This document shows, piece after piece, positions 46,149-57,153 of a DNA stretch of 64,000 nucleotides (position 1 is the first letter of the stretch; each line of letters opens with the position of its first letter). The notes beneath the pieces are model-generated. The model saw only the letters and a list, made by a program, of their open reading frames with translations, searched no databases and was not told the DNA's origin. The stretch spans positions 1,115-65,114 of the forward strand of contig CAZMSJ010000001.1 of the NCBI GenBank assembly GCA_964568925.1. The letters run 5' to 3'. A program made the position numbers and the translations under genes. This DNA is from an uncultured Gammaproteobacteria bacterium (GTDB lineage: Bacteria; Patescibacteriota; Microgenomatia; UBA8517).

Positions 46149-48196
46149 AGTGAAGTTTTCCATCCAAGGGCCTTCGGTATTTTTTGTGTAAATCGCTTAA
46201 ACACTTCTTTATTTGACAACCCTTTTTCAAATAAGCCTTGCGTATGGTGTGATAGTCCGAGCTGTTGAAGTTTGTTAACAAAATCAGAGCCCCGAGTTCC
46301 AATATCAAGTGACAAGCCGTATTCATCACAATCAAGTCGTAGATTCACTTTCTTTCCTTCAGCTGACGCAGTGACCCCTAATCGTGATTGACCAGTTTCA
46401 TACTCCTCATCAACTGCCTCTGGTCGAACCGTAAAGGTAACACGAGATGAATCAGAAAAAACATACCGTGCTGAAACACTTGCGTGTTTCTCATCTAATT
46501 TAATTCCAGGATCTTCATGAAATGAAACAACGCCTTCTCCAGAAAAGCCGTTTGAAGCTGAATCAAGTGCTTTTGTGTATAAAGACATCGTGTCGAGTGC
46601 TTCAGTTACTCCTTCTTGCCCAAATTCTGTTGCAAGTAAAATAAAATGTTGTGACCTATATGCAAACGATTGTTTCATTCTCTCCAAAATTATCCGGTCG
46701 GTGTTTGACATGAGTTTTGTTGATTGTAATTTTTCAGTAAGTGTATCTACAAACCGATTTGAAGCATTTCGAATCTTTGTGTACTGCTCAATAACATTTT
46801 TTTGAATATCAGGTGACTGATTTGTTAAATGTAAAACACGGATATCAAGCTCTCCATTTAGATAGGCATCTGCAAAAAGTTGAGCTGAGTCTGGTGCAGT
46901 TTCTAATAGTTCACGTGCTCTGGAATCACCTTTTTTATCTAAGTCCTGAACAAGTAGCATCGCACTTATCTGCTCTGCTGGACTCAAATCAGTAAAGGAA
47001 GATCGCCCTTCTGAACTTAAGCTCGTGCGAAAATCCATAAGTGTTTGAACATGGTCACCAATCATAATCCTATCTTTTCTGGCTCCGCCATGATCCACAA
47101 AAAATGAACCTAATTGTGAAGGGTTAATGACATCAAATGAACCTTGTGGAACAAGCGTAAATGAACGATCTTCTCCTTTGTCATAGGTTATATGGCAATT
47201 TCTCATATTTTCGCTACTTACATGAGCACGAAAAGCGCAACGAACTTCACCATTTACTGATACTGCATATTGATCCTGATAAATTTTAACGACATCTCCA
47301 TCTTTATATTGTGATCCAATAGAGAATCTACGATTCCCAATATTAATTCTCCCATCTTTTGAAACTTTCCGTACCTCAACATCACGATTATGCTCTGAAA
47401 AGTCTTCGACCGAAAGCAATTCATTGCTTTCCCAAAATGTACCTTTCTCTTCCATAAACTTCGTGGGATTATCCCAATTTACATTGTCTGTACCACCTCC
47501 ACGTATTCCTTGACGTACAAACCACGCACCGGATAGCCGCTGTCTGCCTGCCTCAGGATTTCCTGGAATTGCATCCACAAACAAAACTCCACCCTCATTA
47601 CGTCTTCCATTTGCTCTCGCATATACCTCATATGGAATGGCTATATCAAGAAGCGAGGTTTTAGCTGCAAAATCAGACTCAACTGTGGGGTGTCTCCTAT
47701 CCCAATCCATAGGTCGTTCCCACATGCGAATATAGTGATCATTTTTATGCTTAGCAAATGTTTCTGGGGAAAACCCTTCCTTTTCGCTTGGAACAAAAAA
47801 CAGATTTCTCTTCTCAGAGGGTATTGATCCATCAAGGGCTTTAACCGTAACGGGTATCCCTTTAAAGGTCCAATATAATATTTCTGAAGGAGAAAGTGCT
47901 GTCTCTGTATAGTTTATAAGCTCTTGTGCTGAAGTCTTTAGATATGTTTTACGCTTTACGAATGAACCTTCTTTGTTTGTAAAGCCGCGAGTCAGGTAAT
48001 CAAGGTGATTAATAACAACAGAGTCAATATTATTTTGGTCATCTCTTTTAACTTCCAAAAAGCCACGTTGTTGAAAATTGGAGAGCGTTACCTCTTGTAA
48101 TCGCTGTAGTTCGGGATCTTCTGGCCGAGGTATAATTTCTGTTTCAAGAGGCTTCCTTATTTCTGTTTCTATTCTTGGTATTTCGTTATTTTCCAT
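46145..48196 (-). CDS. Large hypothetical protein
   Basis: 683 aa open frame; TAGAAT 6 nt before ATG. Confidence 0.75.
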   Translation of the reverse strand: MENNEIPRIETEIRKPLETEIIPRPEDPELQRLQEVTLSNFQQRGFLEVKRDDQNNIDSVVINHLDYLTRGFTNKEGSFVKRKTYLKTSAQELINYTETALSPSEILYWTFKGIPVTVKALDGSIPSEKRNLFFVPSEKEGFSPETFAKHKNDHYIRMWERPMDWDRRHPTVESDFAAKTSLLDIAIPYEVYARANGRRNEGGVLFVDAIPGNPEAGRQRLSGAWFVRQGIRGGGTDNVNWDNPTKFMEEKGTFWESNELLSVEDFSEHNRDVEVRKVSKDGRINIGNRRFSIGSQYKDGDVVKIYQDQYAVSVNGEVRCAFRAHVSSENMRNCHITYDKGEDRSFTLVPQGSFDVINPSQLGSFFVDHGGARKDRIMIGDHVQTLMDFRTSLSSEGRSSFTDLSPAEQISAMLLVQDLDKKGDSRARELLETAPDSAQLFADAYLNGELDIRVLHLTNQSPDIQKNVIEQYTKIRNASNRFVDTLTEKLQSTKLMSNTDRIILERMKQSFAYRSQHFILLATEFGQEGVTEALDTMSLYTKALDSASNGFSGEGVVSFHEDPGIKLDEKHASVSARYVFSDSSRVTFTVRPEAVDEEYETGQSRLGVTASAEGKKVNLRLDCDEYGLSLDIGTRGSDFVNKLQQLGLSHHTQGLFEKGLSNKEVFKRFTQKIPKALGWKTSL

Positions 48197-48205
48197 AGTT
48201 ACATT

Positions 48206-49006
48206 CTACACTGAAATAACCCCATTCTTCTCTAGGCGCTTCATAACGACATCACCCCAATCAAATGGATGGAAATAAGCAAAATGGAAAGAAAAGACCT
48301 CTCGTGTCACTTTGTGATTCATATAGATAACTTGAAAGTAATATGCCAATACATTCAGTGGTATCAATAAAAACAAAAGACTCTGAGATACAAATGCTTT
48401 TGCTCTTCTAATTGTAATGGCGTTTGGCCAGTACGATAAAACCCATTTATTAGAAGATAGCCACCTCTCAAATGTATTTTTTTTATTGATGAGTGGAATT
48501 ACTTGGGCAACCTCGTGGGCGGTATAGGCATTACGTGGCATACAAGGTAAAGCAAGAGACTTTTCATCTAGCCAAACATTCAAACAAATCCGATCTTTTT
48601 CATCTTTCATAGAGGCTCTCCTCATCTTTACGCCAGAAGCAAGTAACAATAGAAGTGAAATGGCTCGTGTAATCCACAGAGAATGGGCACTCGTTATGAT
48701 CATGAAATCAATATCACTGGTTTCTTTTGCATTCTCCATTGCAAGGGAACCAGTAACACCAACAAACAAAATTGTAGGAATGTGTGAGAGAATTTTTGCA
48801 GCTTTTCGTGCAATCAAGAGCTTCTGCTTTTGAATTGCATCAAGCTTGTTTTGTTCACTCTTACTTAAGGGGGAAAGGTGTGGAGTTACGCTACCAGTTC
48901 TAAGTGTCAACTTGTCTCCGGCAGTCCACCGATGCAAGTTTTTCTTCGACAAATGAAAAGAAAAAAATGAATGATAGATAATTGAGATGCTGTCAGAAGA
49001 TTTCAC
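48206..49006 (-). CDS. Pol-beta-superfamily nucleotidyltransferase domain protein
   Basis: GVTGSLA...SDIDFMII. Confidence 0.8.
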   Translation of the reverse strand: MKSSDSISIIYHSFFSFHLSKKNLHRWTAGDKLTLRTGSVTPHLSPLSKSEQNKLDAIQKQKLLIARKAAKILSHIPTILFVGVTGSLAMENAKETSDIDFMIITSAHSLWITRAISLLLLLASGVKMRRASMKDEKDRICLNVWLDEKSLALPCMPRNAYTAHEVAQVIPLINKKNTFERWLSSNKWVLSYWPNAITIRRAKAFVSQSLLFLLIPLNVLAYYFQVIYMNHKVTREVFSFHFAYFHPFDWGDVVMKRLEKNGVISV

Positions 49007-49009
49007 ACC

Positions 49010-50683
49010 TTACTTCTTAACAGCTGGAGGAGGAGCAATCAAGCGGAACTGGACTAATACGCTTTGAACACCGGCTGAAACCGTTTCGAGTACTGATTTT
49101 CCATCAGAAGCTGATGAGCCATTCATTGCGTTTACCCCATCTTCAAAATACTTAGATAGTTGTGAATTAATTCCAGATTGACCATCAAATGTTCGACTAG
49201 CCAAGTACCAACTCTTTGCATTTGTAGCAGTTGCAATTACGCCGTTTACCAATGGATCTGAAGCAATAAGCTCCTGCATATCTCGTCGTGGGTAGAGAGC
49301 TCCAAATGCTCGTACTGCTGTGGCGTTCTTGTACATCTTGGTCAAAGACTCTTTCTCAGACAAGAACTTCAAGAATTTCCAAGCCTCAGTTGAAACTTTA
49401 CTCTGAGAGTTAACACCTTCTACCCAATAGGTTGCGTATGCAATATCAGGGTCCTCTGCTGTTGCCTTTGGAAGTTGTGGAACAGGAACAACACGGAACT
49501 TTAAGGTAGGATTTTGCTGTCTAATTTCATGTGCTCTCCATGAAGGTCCGATGTACATTGCAACTTTTCCTGAAGCAAAGGCAATAGTTGAAGTTGGGAG
49601 GGTGTCATTCCACACACCATATTGCTTAGAGAAAGCAGTGTAGAACTTTAATGCTTGAATTGCGTTCTCCCCTGTTGGGTTTTTTAGGTCCACGCCATTT
49701 TGAATCATCATTAAAGCCAAAATCTCTTGCCAGTTATCAACATTAGCTGTTGTTCCCAAAGAGACACCAGCTTGTTTAATAACCCCTGCTTCATCTTTAA
49801 CCGTCATCTGTTGTGCTAAATCACGAACGTCATACCAGGTAACTGGTGTTGTCTGTCCATAAGTTGTGAAAATATCTTCATTAATGTAGAGCCCTAATCC
49901 GTCATACATTAATGGAATACCAACAAAACCTGAACCTGCAGCAAGATCTGATACAACAACTGGATAGAAAGTCTGAGTAAACTCTTGTGCACTCATCACT
50001 GAAGACGGCATTGTTGAAAGTCGTGAAGAGAACATTGGTACCCAGGTATTGTGGAATCGGAAGATATCAGGTCCATCACCCTTAGCCAGTGCGTTTGTGA
50101 GTCGTTCTCGATAGTCTTCCTTTGACTGCTTTACATATTTAATTTCAACTCCTGGGTTCTTTGTCTGATATTCAGTAATAAGAGGAGTAATAATAGAATC
50201 ATCTTCCCAAAGGCTCCACCAGGTAATAGTGGTCTTTCCACCTGGTAACTTGACTCCTCCACTAATGGCCGCAAACACCCCAACAACACCAAGGACCAAA
50301 ACAAGTAAGAACACAATTATTGCGAGTAACTTCTTTGGGAATTTTCTGCTTGGTGCAATTACCGGTGGTGGTGGAACAGGACTAGCTGACTGAGGGAATG
50401 GAGAGGTCGGTTGTGAACTACTTTCTGTGTTCGCGTTTGCAAGCAAGTCAGCTGGTGGCATATTGCCTTCTAAAGAAACAGTTGGCTGTGATGGTTCTCC
50501 TGAAGGGGTCGGCTCAGGCATAGACATTGGTGATGGTGTGGCTGGCATTGGCTCAGCAGGAGTCGCTGACGTGGCTTCAGGTGTCATTGGTGTCATCGGA
50601 GTCATAGGCGCAGTTGGAGGCGCATCAAAAGACTGAGATACAAAAGGGGAACTAGATTGGTTGGCAGAATTCTTCGGATCCAT
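49010..50683 (-). CDS. Extracellular solute-binding protein (sugar type) with Pro-rich N-terminus and TM anchor
   Basis: ITWW, GPDIF, GIPL..D.L.LY.N, F..GKVAM, AWKFLKFL. Confidence 0.88.
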   Translation of the reverse strand: MDPKNSANQSSSPFVSQSFDAPPTAPMTPMTPMTPEATSATPAEPMPATPSPMSMPEPTPSGEPSQPTVSLEGNMPPADLLANANTESSSQPTSPFPQSASPVPPPPVIAPSRKFPKKLLAIIVFLLVLVLGVVGVFAAISGGVKLPGGKTTITWWSLWEDDSIITPLITEYQTKNPGVEIKYVKQSKEDYRERLTNALAKGDGPDIFRFHNTWVPMFSSRLSTMPSSVMSAQEFTQTFYPVVVSDLAAGSGFVGIPLMYDGLGLYINEDIFTTYGQTTPVTWYDVRDLAQQMTVKDEAGVIKQAGVSLGTTANVDNWQEILALMMIQNGVDLKNPTGENAIQALKFYTAFSKQYGVWNDTLPTSTIAFASGKVAMYIGPSWRAHEIRQQNPTLKFRVVPVPQLPKATAEDPDIAYATYWVEGVNSQSKVSTEAWKFLKFLSEKESLTKMYKNATAVRAFGALYPRRDMQELIASDPLVNGVIATATNAKSWYLASRTFDGQSGINSQLSKYFEDGVNAMNGSSASDGKSVLETVSAGVQSVLVQFRLIAPPPAVKK

Positions 50684-50730
50684 ACAATTACGTAATCATT
50701 TTAGCGCACTATCCTGGTAATATACAAAGT

Positions 50731-52497
50731 ATGACAAAAGTGCCGACAAACAACAAGCATAAAAAGATTCGTGCAACTCACATTGGGGCACTAACGATCT
50801 CAGTTGCTTCAGCTTCTCTTGCCCTCTTTATTATTGTAACAGCAGGACGTGTGTATCCACAGATCTATGTAGAACAAATTCCCGTTGGTGGTCTTTCATT
50901 GAAAGACGCACAAACTGCTATTGAAAATGCTACCTTTGCTGACTCATACCAAGCAATTAAAATCACCGTGCGATCAGGAGAGGAAGTAAAAGACTTCATG
51001 ATTCCCCTTTCAGAGATTGACGCAGTGTATGACAGTAAAGAGACCGCAGTGGCTGCATATGAATATGGGAAAGATCAAGGACTTGTTCACCAAATTAACG
51101 TTGGCCTCTCTCTCCTTCGCGAACGAAAAACAATTCCCTTTGTTGTTTCATTTAATGAAACACTCTTAAAAGAAAAGATTGCCCAAATTGCAGAACAAGT
51201 TGGTGAACCACATACCATCCCCAAGCTAACCATTGTTGGTAATGAAGTCACTGTTATCGATGGAACAAAAGGAATAGAAATTAACCAAGAAGAACTTACC
51301 GCACAGATTGAAACTGCAATTAAAAAACACACCTTTACCCCTATTACGGTCGAAACGGTAGTCGTTGACCCAACACTTGATCCAATTTCAAAAAAAGCAT
51401 TTGAAGAGAAAGGAAAGGCACTCGTAGGAAAGACACTCACGATTACCTTTGATACTGGAAAAATAAAACGAAGTGCACAGGACCTCGCCACAATTATTTC
51501 TCCTGAAGGAGTGCAGCAAACGGCGCTGGCTACATTTACCAAAGACATAGCAGAGCTAATTAATAGACCAGTAACAAACCCCGTGTTCACATTTGAAAAC
51601 GGGAAGGTAAAAGAATTTAAGGCACCTGAACCAGGACTCGAAGTGAAAGAGAATGAAATGAAAGCTCTTATCGCACGATCAGTTGAGACACTCATTCAGT
51701 CTGATACAAAAGAACTATCAATTGAAGCCACTGTGAGTAAGACTAACCCAACTGGAAACATTTCAGACATTAATAGTTTTGGCATCACTGAACAGATTGG
51801 TGTAGGAAACTCAACCTATCGTGGATCAATCCCTGGTCGTATACACAATGTGGCATTGGCCGCTTCAAAAATAAATGGAACACTACTTGCACCAAATGAA
51901 ACCTTTTCATTTAACAAAGTGGTAGGTGATATTTCACAAAAGACAGGATTTCAGCAGGCATATGTCATCTCTGGGGGAAAAACAATTCTTGGGGATGGTG
52001 GAGGAGTATGCCAAGTATCAACGACGCTCTTTCGTGCAGCAATGAATGCTGGACTCCCAATTGTTGAGAGACGACCACATAGCTACCGTGTTGGCTATTA
52101 CGAACAAGATGCAGGACCAGGACTTGATGCAACGGTATTCTCACCTACAACCGATTTCAAGTTTACCAACGACACCGGTCACTATTTGTTAATTCAAGCA
52201 ACGGTTGATAGCAAGAAGACAAGCCTTACGTTTAAGTTCTATGGAACAAGTGATGGAAGAGTAGCTGAAGTAACCAAGCCAGTGATTACAGATCAAATTG
52301 CGCCGCCAGAGGATCTCTATGTAGATGACCCGACGCTAAAGGTTGGACAAACAAAACAGGTTGAACATAAAGCATGGGGCGGACGATCAACCTTTACCTA
52401 CACCGTTAAACGAAATGGTGAAATAGTTACACAAAAAAAGTTTGTGAGTGTCTATCAACCATGGCAAGCGGTGTATATGCGAGGAACGGCACTCTAG
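50731..52497 (+). CDS. VanW-family protein with peptidoglycan-binding and G5-like regions
   Basis: RIHNV.LAA..ING.LL.P.ETFSFN, GGGVCQVSTT, ERRPHS, GLDATV. Confidence 0.9.
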   Translation: MTKVPTNNKHKKIRATHIGALTISVASASLALFIIVTAGRVYPQIYVEQIPVGGLSLKDAQTAIENATFADSYQAIKITVRSGEEVKDFMIPLSEIDAVYDSKETAVAAYEYGKDQGLVHQINVGLSLLRERKTIPFVVSFNETLLKEKIAQIAEQVGEPHTIPKLTIVGNEVTVIDGTKGIEINQEELTAQIETAIKKHTFTPITVETVVVDPTLDPISKKAFEEKGKALVGKTLTITFDTGKIKRSAQDLATIISPEGVQQTALATFTKDIAELINRPVTNPVFTFENGKVKEFKAPEPGLEVKENEMKALIARSVETLIQSDTKELSIEATVSKTNPTGNISDINSFGITEQIGVGNSTYRGSIPGRIHNVALAASKINGTLLAPNETFSFNKVVGDISQKTGFQQAYVISGGKTILGDGGGVCQVSTTLFRAAMNAGLPIVERRPHSYRVGYYEQDAGPGLDATVFSPTTDFKFTNDTGHYLLIQATVDSKKTSLTFKFYGTSDGRVAEVTKPVITDQIAPPEDLYVDDPTLKVGQTKQVEHKAWGGRSTFTYTVKRNGEIVTQKKFVSVYQPWQAVYMRGTAL

Positions 52498-52513
52498 ATG
52501 GTACAATGCGTGC

Positions 52514-53548
52514 ATGAATATTTTAGCAATCGAGACCTCTTGTGATGAAACTTCAGTCGCTGTTGTAAAGGATGGAGTAGATGTCCTCTCATTGTCTATT
52601 GCAAGCTCACAAGCACTTCACGCACAAAGTGGTGGAATCATTCCAGAGAAAGCTGCACGAAAACAAGTAGAGTACATGCTCCCAACACTCTCAGATGCAT
52701 TAAAAACTGCATTCCCCGACATTTCACCAAACGACAATCAATCATATTTTGATCAGATCGACAAAATTGCAGTGACCGTTGGTCCAGGACTCATTGGTTC
52801 CCTCTTAATTGGTGTTGAAACAGCAAAAACGTTAGCTACCTTGTACAACAAGCCCTTAATACCGGTAAACCATATGGAGGCGCACCTGTATGCAAATTGG
52901 ATTAATAAAAAAGAAGAGATTCCCCTCCCCTGCCTTGGCTTAATTGTGTCAGGTGGTCACACTGACATTGTATTAATTACTTCTCACACCGACATAAAAC
53001 GAATTGCAGGAACACGTGATGATGCGGCAGGAGAATGTTTTGATAAGTGCGCTCGCCTCTTGGGACTTGGCTATCCTGGGGGACCGGCAATTGGCAAGGC
53101 TGCAGAACTTTTTATGAAGGAGAACAAAGAGAAGAAACTTACATACTTCCCTCGTGCCTTGTCTCACGACCAAACACTTGATGTCTCCTTCTCAGGACTC
53201 AAGGCTGCAGTCTCTCGAGAAGTTGCTGCTCACTCTGAGGCAGACAAAAATGAATTAGCTGCTGAGATTCAAGAAGCTATTATAGACACCTTACTTACTA
53301 AGTTTGAGTTAGCTATGAGGTTATACAAAACTTCGTCTGTTTTGATTTGTGGCGGGGTTACGGCGAATTCCAGACTCCGTGAAAAATTTACCAAAATGAT
53401 TGCCAGACTCACCCCTCAATTACAGGCTTACATGCCAGATATTTTGTATTGCACCGATAACGCCGCCATGGTTGGAGCACGTGCATTTTTTAGCCCCGAA
53501 ACAATGCCAGTTGCTTCTGTTTCAGCAAATCCAGAACTTCATTTCTAA
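52514..53548 (+). CDS. tsaD: tRNA t6A threonylcarbamoyltransferase TsaD
   Basis: ILAIETSCDET, GPGL.GSL, NHMEAH, SGGHT, DDAAGE.FDK, TDNAAM. Confidence 0.96.
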   Translation: MNILAIETSCDETSVAVVKDGVDVLSLSIASSQALHAQSGGIIPEKAARKQVEYMLPTLSDALKTAFPDISPNDNQSYFDQIDKIAVTVGPGLIGSLLIGVETAKTLATLYNKPLIPVNHMEAHLYANWINKKEEIPLPCLGLIVSGGHTDIVLITSHTDIKRIAGTRDDAAGECFDKCARLLGLGYPGGPAIGKAAELFMKENKEKKLTYFPRALSHDQTLDVSFSGLKAAVSREVAAHSEADKNELAAEIQEAIIDTLLTKFELAMRLYKTSSVLICGGVTANSRLREKFTKMIARLTPQLQAYMPDILYCTDNAAMVGARAFFSPETMPVASVSANPELHF

Positions 53549-53792
53549 CCAATTGCAGCTGCAGTTAGAGGTTATTCTTCGCATATGTACATAGTGTTCT
53601 TTCACGAACATATTCCAACACGGGTAAAAGCGCCACAGATTGGTAAGTACAAGAAAATGAGAGTGGTTAAAGAAAAAGAATGAATGAGGGGTAGCTGTGA
53701 GGCGTCAGAAGAAACAAACAAAAGAGAAAGGGATTGTCTGTGTAGGGAAAAGTAAAACGAAGAAAATGGAGAAAAACAAAAAGAAGCCGGTA

Positions 53793-54434
53793 TTATTTGG
53801 CTTCTTCAGTCTTTGTTTCAGTTGCTTCAGCTACAGGAGCTTCAGTCGCTGCAGGTGCTTCTTCAATGACTACTTCTTTCTGTGGTGCTTCGATCTTAAC
53901 AACAATCAAATCAGCATCAGTCAAAATTTCAACTTGCTTACTGTCCCCTGCAATATCTTTAACAAAAATTGCTTGGTCAACTTCTACAAGTGAAGTAATA
54001 TCGACGTCAAAATGATCTGGAAGTTCTGTTGGAAGAGCTTCAACTTCAATCTCGTCAATCTGTTGCATCAAGTTTCCGATTCCACTCTTTACTGCAGGGG
54101 ATTCTCCAATAACGTGTACTGGAACGGTAGCTTGAACCTTTTCCTTCAAGTTAACTTTGTGGAAGTCAATGTGGATTGTTTCACCAGTGATTGGGTGAAT
54201 TTGGAATTCAGTAACAAGAACAGGATATGTTTTGTCGTTAACGACAATATCAATAAGTCCAGTTTCTCCTGCAACTTTAAATACTTTCTTAAATTCCTTG
54301 AGGTTAACAGTGATTGCTTCTGACTCAATTCCCTTCGCAAAAATATTAGCTGGTACCAAACCTTCCTTGCGAAGGTTTTTAACAGCTCGCCCTACGATGG
54401 TTCGCTTTTCTGCTGTAATTGTTTGTCGTGTCAT
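53793..54434 (-). CDS. rplY: 50S ribosomal protein L25/Ctc
   Basis: LRKEGLVPA, Q.HP....IHIDF, EVEALP..LP....VDI. Confidence 0.93.
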   Translation of the reverse strand: MTRQTITAEKRTIVGRAVKNLRKEGLVPANIFAKGIESEAITVNLKEFKKVFKVAGETGLIDIVVNDKTYPVLVTEFQIHPITGETIHIDFHKVNLKEKVQATVPVHVIGESPAVKSGIGNLMQQIDEIEVEALPTELPDHFDVDITSLVEVDQAIFVKDIAGDSKQVEILTDADLIVVKIEAPQKEVVIEEAPAATEAPVAEATETKTEEAK

Positions 54435-56572
54435 TTTTGTAGATTAAATATCTTACTGTCCGTAAGTGACGTATTATAAACGCCTACCCCCGCTGCGGTC
54501 AAGGAAAGCGTAAAAGGTGCTACCCCTGGCTGCTTAATCCAGTAGATTTGAGCTCGATTTTGTGGAGACTTGATTGACCAGTGAAAGCGAATTTCTGCCG
54601 TCTCCCCTGCTTCTACCGTCAAAAGTGCCCCCGCTGAGAGGTATTTCTCCTCGTGAGAGAGGTCAGGAATAACGGACCCGACCTTCTGTCGAGAGTTCAC
54701 TTTGATTGAGGTAACACTCGCCTCCTTTGGCAAAAGGAACCGTATGTAGCTTTTGTATGATTCATTTCCTTTGTTTTCATACCCTCCTGCGTGAGTCAGT
54801 GACAAAACAACATCTCCAGTCACACTGTCCCCTTCTTTAGCTACCGTCTCAGTAATCGTTCTACTAATATACGGATTTACCTTGTTTACCCCAACGTTTG
54901 CTTCAATAATCTGGTGAACGATAGAATTACAGCCTTCACCACAGCTTCCCTCTCGAAATGAACCAGACAATTGTGCGGTATCAATTGCTGACTCAAGACC
55001 ACTATCTGCAAACCACACCATGATCTCACGTGCACGGATCTGCTGATCAAGCTTTTTAGCCAGTTCAAGCATTTGTGGTCGTGAAAGGTTTGAAAGAGCG
55101 ATCATCACTGACTCTGAAAGAGCTGACAGATACGTCTTTTTGCGAATTGAGCCTGGGAAAAAGGTGTCCCCTCCTCGTCGTTCAAGCATTTTGTATAAGT
55201 TCTCTGCTGTCACTTCATCCTCTTCCCAGCCAACGGGATGCACAGGACCAGTTACGCTAAGGACTTCTGCAAGTACTCGAGTGTTTACGGCAATGATTGC
55301 GTCAGGCTTCACATCAATCGCCTTTTGCAAAAACCAACTAATGCGCGTTGCGGTACTTGGGAAATCGATATCCCAATTGGCGTCTCTCATATGCCAACTC
55401 GCCTCTTTCAAGTATTCAGAGATGGCAAAGGGAGGTTTTACATATCCATTAATCTTCCCATCAGCGTCGTAGACATCCTGAATTTCCTTGGAAATGACTC
55501 TCCCCGATTGAACCGTAACTAATTGATATGAACCAAAAAATCCACCGGTTGGGCGAAGCTCTGCTGCGTTTTGAAACATAATCATGTAGGTAAACGGTTT
55601 CCCCTGTCCAGCAAGCGTGCCAGCCTCTTTGGCCAATCCCTCTGCTGCCGGGAGAAATGAGAGAAGGTAGGGAAGATCTGCCTTTTGATTAATAATGCTT
55701 GCTGAAAGGACTTCTCCTCCGTTAGCTAAGAGAAATGAACCATCATGGTAGAGAGAAGACAAAAGAGGTGCGACACGTGCTCCCGTGTCTTTCCAATCAA
55801 TAGGGTTGCCGGAAAAGTAGTTGTGTGCAAGAGTTTCAATCTGGGTAAGTAACACCACACCAGTTCTTGTTACCTGAGCAGCTGAGGAGGAGAGGGCAGA
55901 GAGCGAAAGAAAGTAGGTGATCTGTGGCTTTAGAACAGGAAGCACTGTCAAGGGAGTCATGGTTAAGCGAGAAACAGAAGCAGCACTGGTTGAGAGTGAC
56001 GTTAAGCGTGTTGAGAGCGTGGTGTGATCTGGCAGTGCCTTAAGCGATAAGTACAACGACCCGACAGATACGCCGAGACTGACAAAGGGAATTGATAGGG
56101 AAACGAGAAGCACAAGAACTGCATAGATAAAGGGCTTTAAAGGTATGTGTTTTGTTTTGCTCCTTTGTTTGGTAACTGGTACAACAGGAGCCGCAACCTG
56201 ACGAGCAACCTCTGGGAGAGGAAGAATACGTGGCGTACCGATGACTACTTCTTTTAAATGTTTAAAGCCAAAGAGAGAACGGGTGGCAAGTTGATACTCT
56301 GATTCAGTTGGGTCTGCTCCAATAAGTAACACAGAAACAGTAGATGGAAGACTCGTGTGATCTATTGTTTCGTCTCGAAAGTGGGGAAGGATCAGTAAAA
56401 CGGGCGCGCCGGCAGGAACTAAAGAAAGGGCCGAGGCTTCAAGGCAAACAAAGACATCATGAGGCTGATGCTCAATATGTGCGGTATATGCCTTGAGTTC
56501 AAAATGACGACTTAAGTGATGTAAGAAGCCAAGCTGAAACGCGTGTTTTTCACCCACAAGATACAGATGCAT
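54431..56572 (-). CDS. DUF4012-like membrane-anchored protein
   Basis: FQN.AELRPTGGF.GS, RDANW..DFP, N.G.NK.N, KQPG. Confidence 0.85.
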   Translation of the reverse strand: MHLYLVGEKHAFQLGFLHHLSRHFELKAYTAHIEHQPHDVFVCLEASALSLVPAGAPVLLILPHFRDETIDHTSLPSTVSVLLIGADPTESEYQLATRSLFGFKHLKEVVIGTPRILPLPEVARQVAAPVVPVTKQRSKTKHIPLKPFIYAVLVLLVSLSIPFVSLGVSVGSLYLSLKALPDHTTLSTRLTSLSTSAASVSRLTMTPLTVLPVLKPQITYFLSLSALSSSAAQVTRTGVVLLTQIETLAHNYFSGNPIDWKDTGARVAPLLSSLYHDGSFLLANGGEVLSASIINQKADLPYLLSFLPAAEGLAKEAGTLAGQGKPFTYMIMFQNAAELRPTGGFFGSYQLVTVQSGRVISKEIQDVYDADGKINGYVKPPFAISEYLKEASWHMRDANWDIDFPSTATRISWFLQKAIDVKPDAIIAVNTRVLAEVLSVTGPVHPVGWEEDEVTAENLYKMLERRGGDTFFPGSIRKKTYLSALSESVMIALSNLSRPQMLELAKKLDQQIRAREIMVWFADSGLESAIDTAQLSGSFREGSCGEGCNSIVHQIIEANVGVNKVNPYISRTITETVAKEGDSVTGDVVLSLTHAGGYENKGNESYKSYIRFLLPKEASVTSIKVNSRQKVGSVIPDLSHEEKYLSAGALLTVEAGETAEIRFHWSIKSPQNRAQIYWIKQPGVAPFTLSLTAAGVGVYNTSLTDSKIFNLQK

Positions 56573-56732
56573 ACTTCTATCTTACGAGCGGGAAACGTGG
56601 ACAGCAAGGAGATGCATGTGGAAGGGTACCTTTTATTATTTCCGTTTTTTGAAGCGGAAGTGGAAATATGAAGTTAGACAGGGCTCGTGAAACTTTCAAC
56701 GTGACAGAATTTTGCCATTCGGTAATTGTTTT

Positions 56733-57137
56733 TCAGGCTGCTGCGTCCATTGTTTGGTTGACAAGAAGATCCGCTTGGGTGTTTTCATTCCGAAAAACGT
56801 GGCGGTAATCAACTGGAACGTTTAACTCTCTTTCATATGACTTAATCTTTTGAACAAGAGGCAAGAGGAGTGGACTTTTGATTTTATAGATCCCTTTCAT
56901 TTGTTTCACAACCAATTCTGAATCAAGAACAAAGTGGACAGATGTAATGTCTGACTGTGTTTTTATCCATTCAAAAGCAGTAAGGACTGCAGTGTACTCT
57001 GCAACGTTATTTGTTGTAATTCCAAGGAACGTTCCTTTTGAAAAGATTTCAGTGCCATTGTGAAGAGCAACAAAAGCACATGCAGCAGGACCAGGGTTTC
57101 CTCTTGAGCCTCCGTCACAGTGAATAACAATATCCAT
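56733..57137 (-). CDS. rnhA: Ribonuclease HI
   Basis: DGGSRGNPGPA, TNNVAEY, DSELVV.Q, R.EN..AD. Confidence 0.92.
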   Translation of the reverse strand: MDIVIHCDGGSRGNPGPAACAFVALHNGTEIFSKGTFLGITTNNVAEYTAVLTAFEWIKTQSDITSVHFVLDSELVVKQMKGIYKIKSPLLLPLVQKIKSYERELNVPVDYRHVFRNENTQADLLVNQTMDAAA

Positions 57138-57153
57138 AGGCCCCCAGTATAAA

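Noticed and set aside
40100-48196. Intact prophage or ICE
   Set aside because: No integrase, terminase, capsid, relaxase or flanking direct repeats were recognised. Decayed phage ancestry cannot be excluded.
53697-53993. 98-aa plus-strand ORF after tsaD
   Set aside because: Low-complexity purine tract running antisense into rplY; no coding support.
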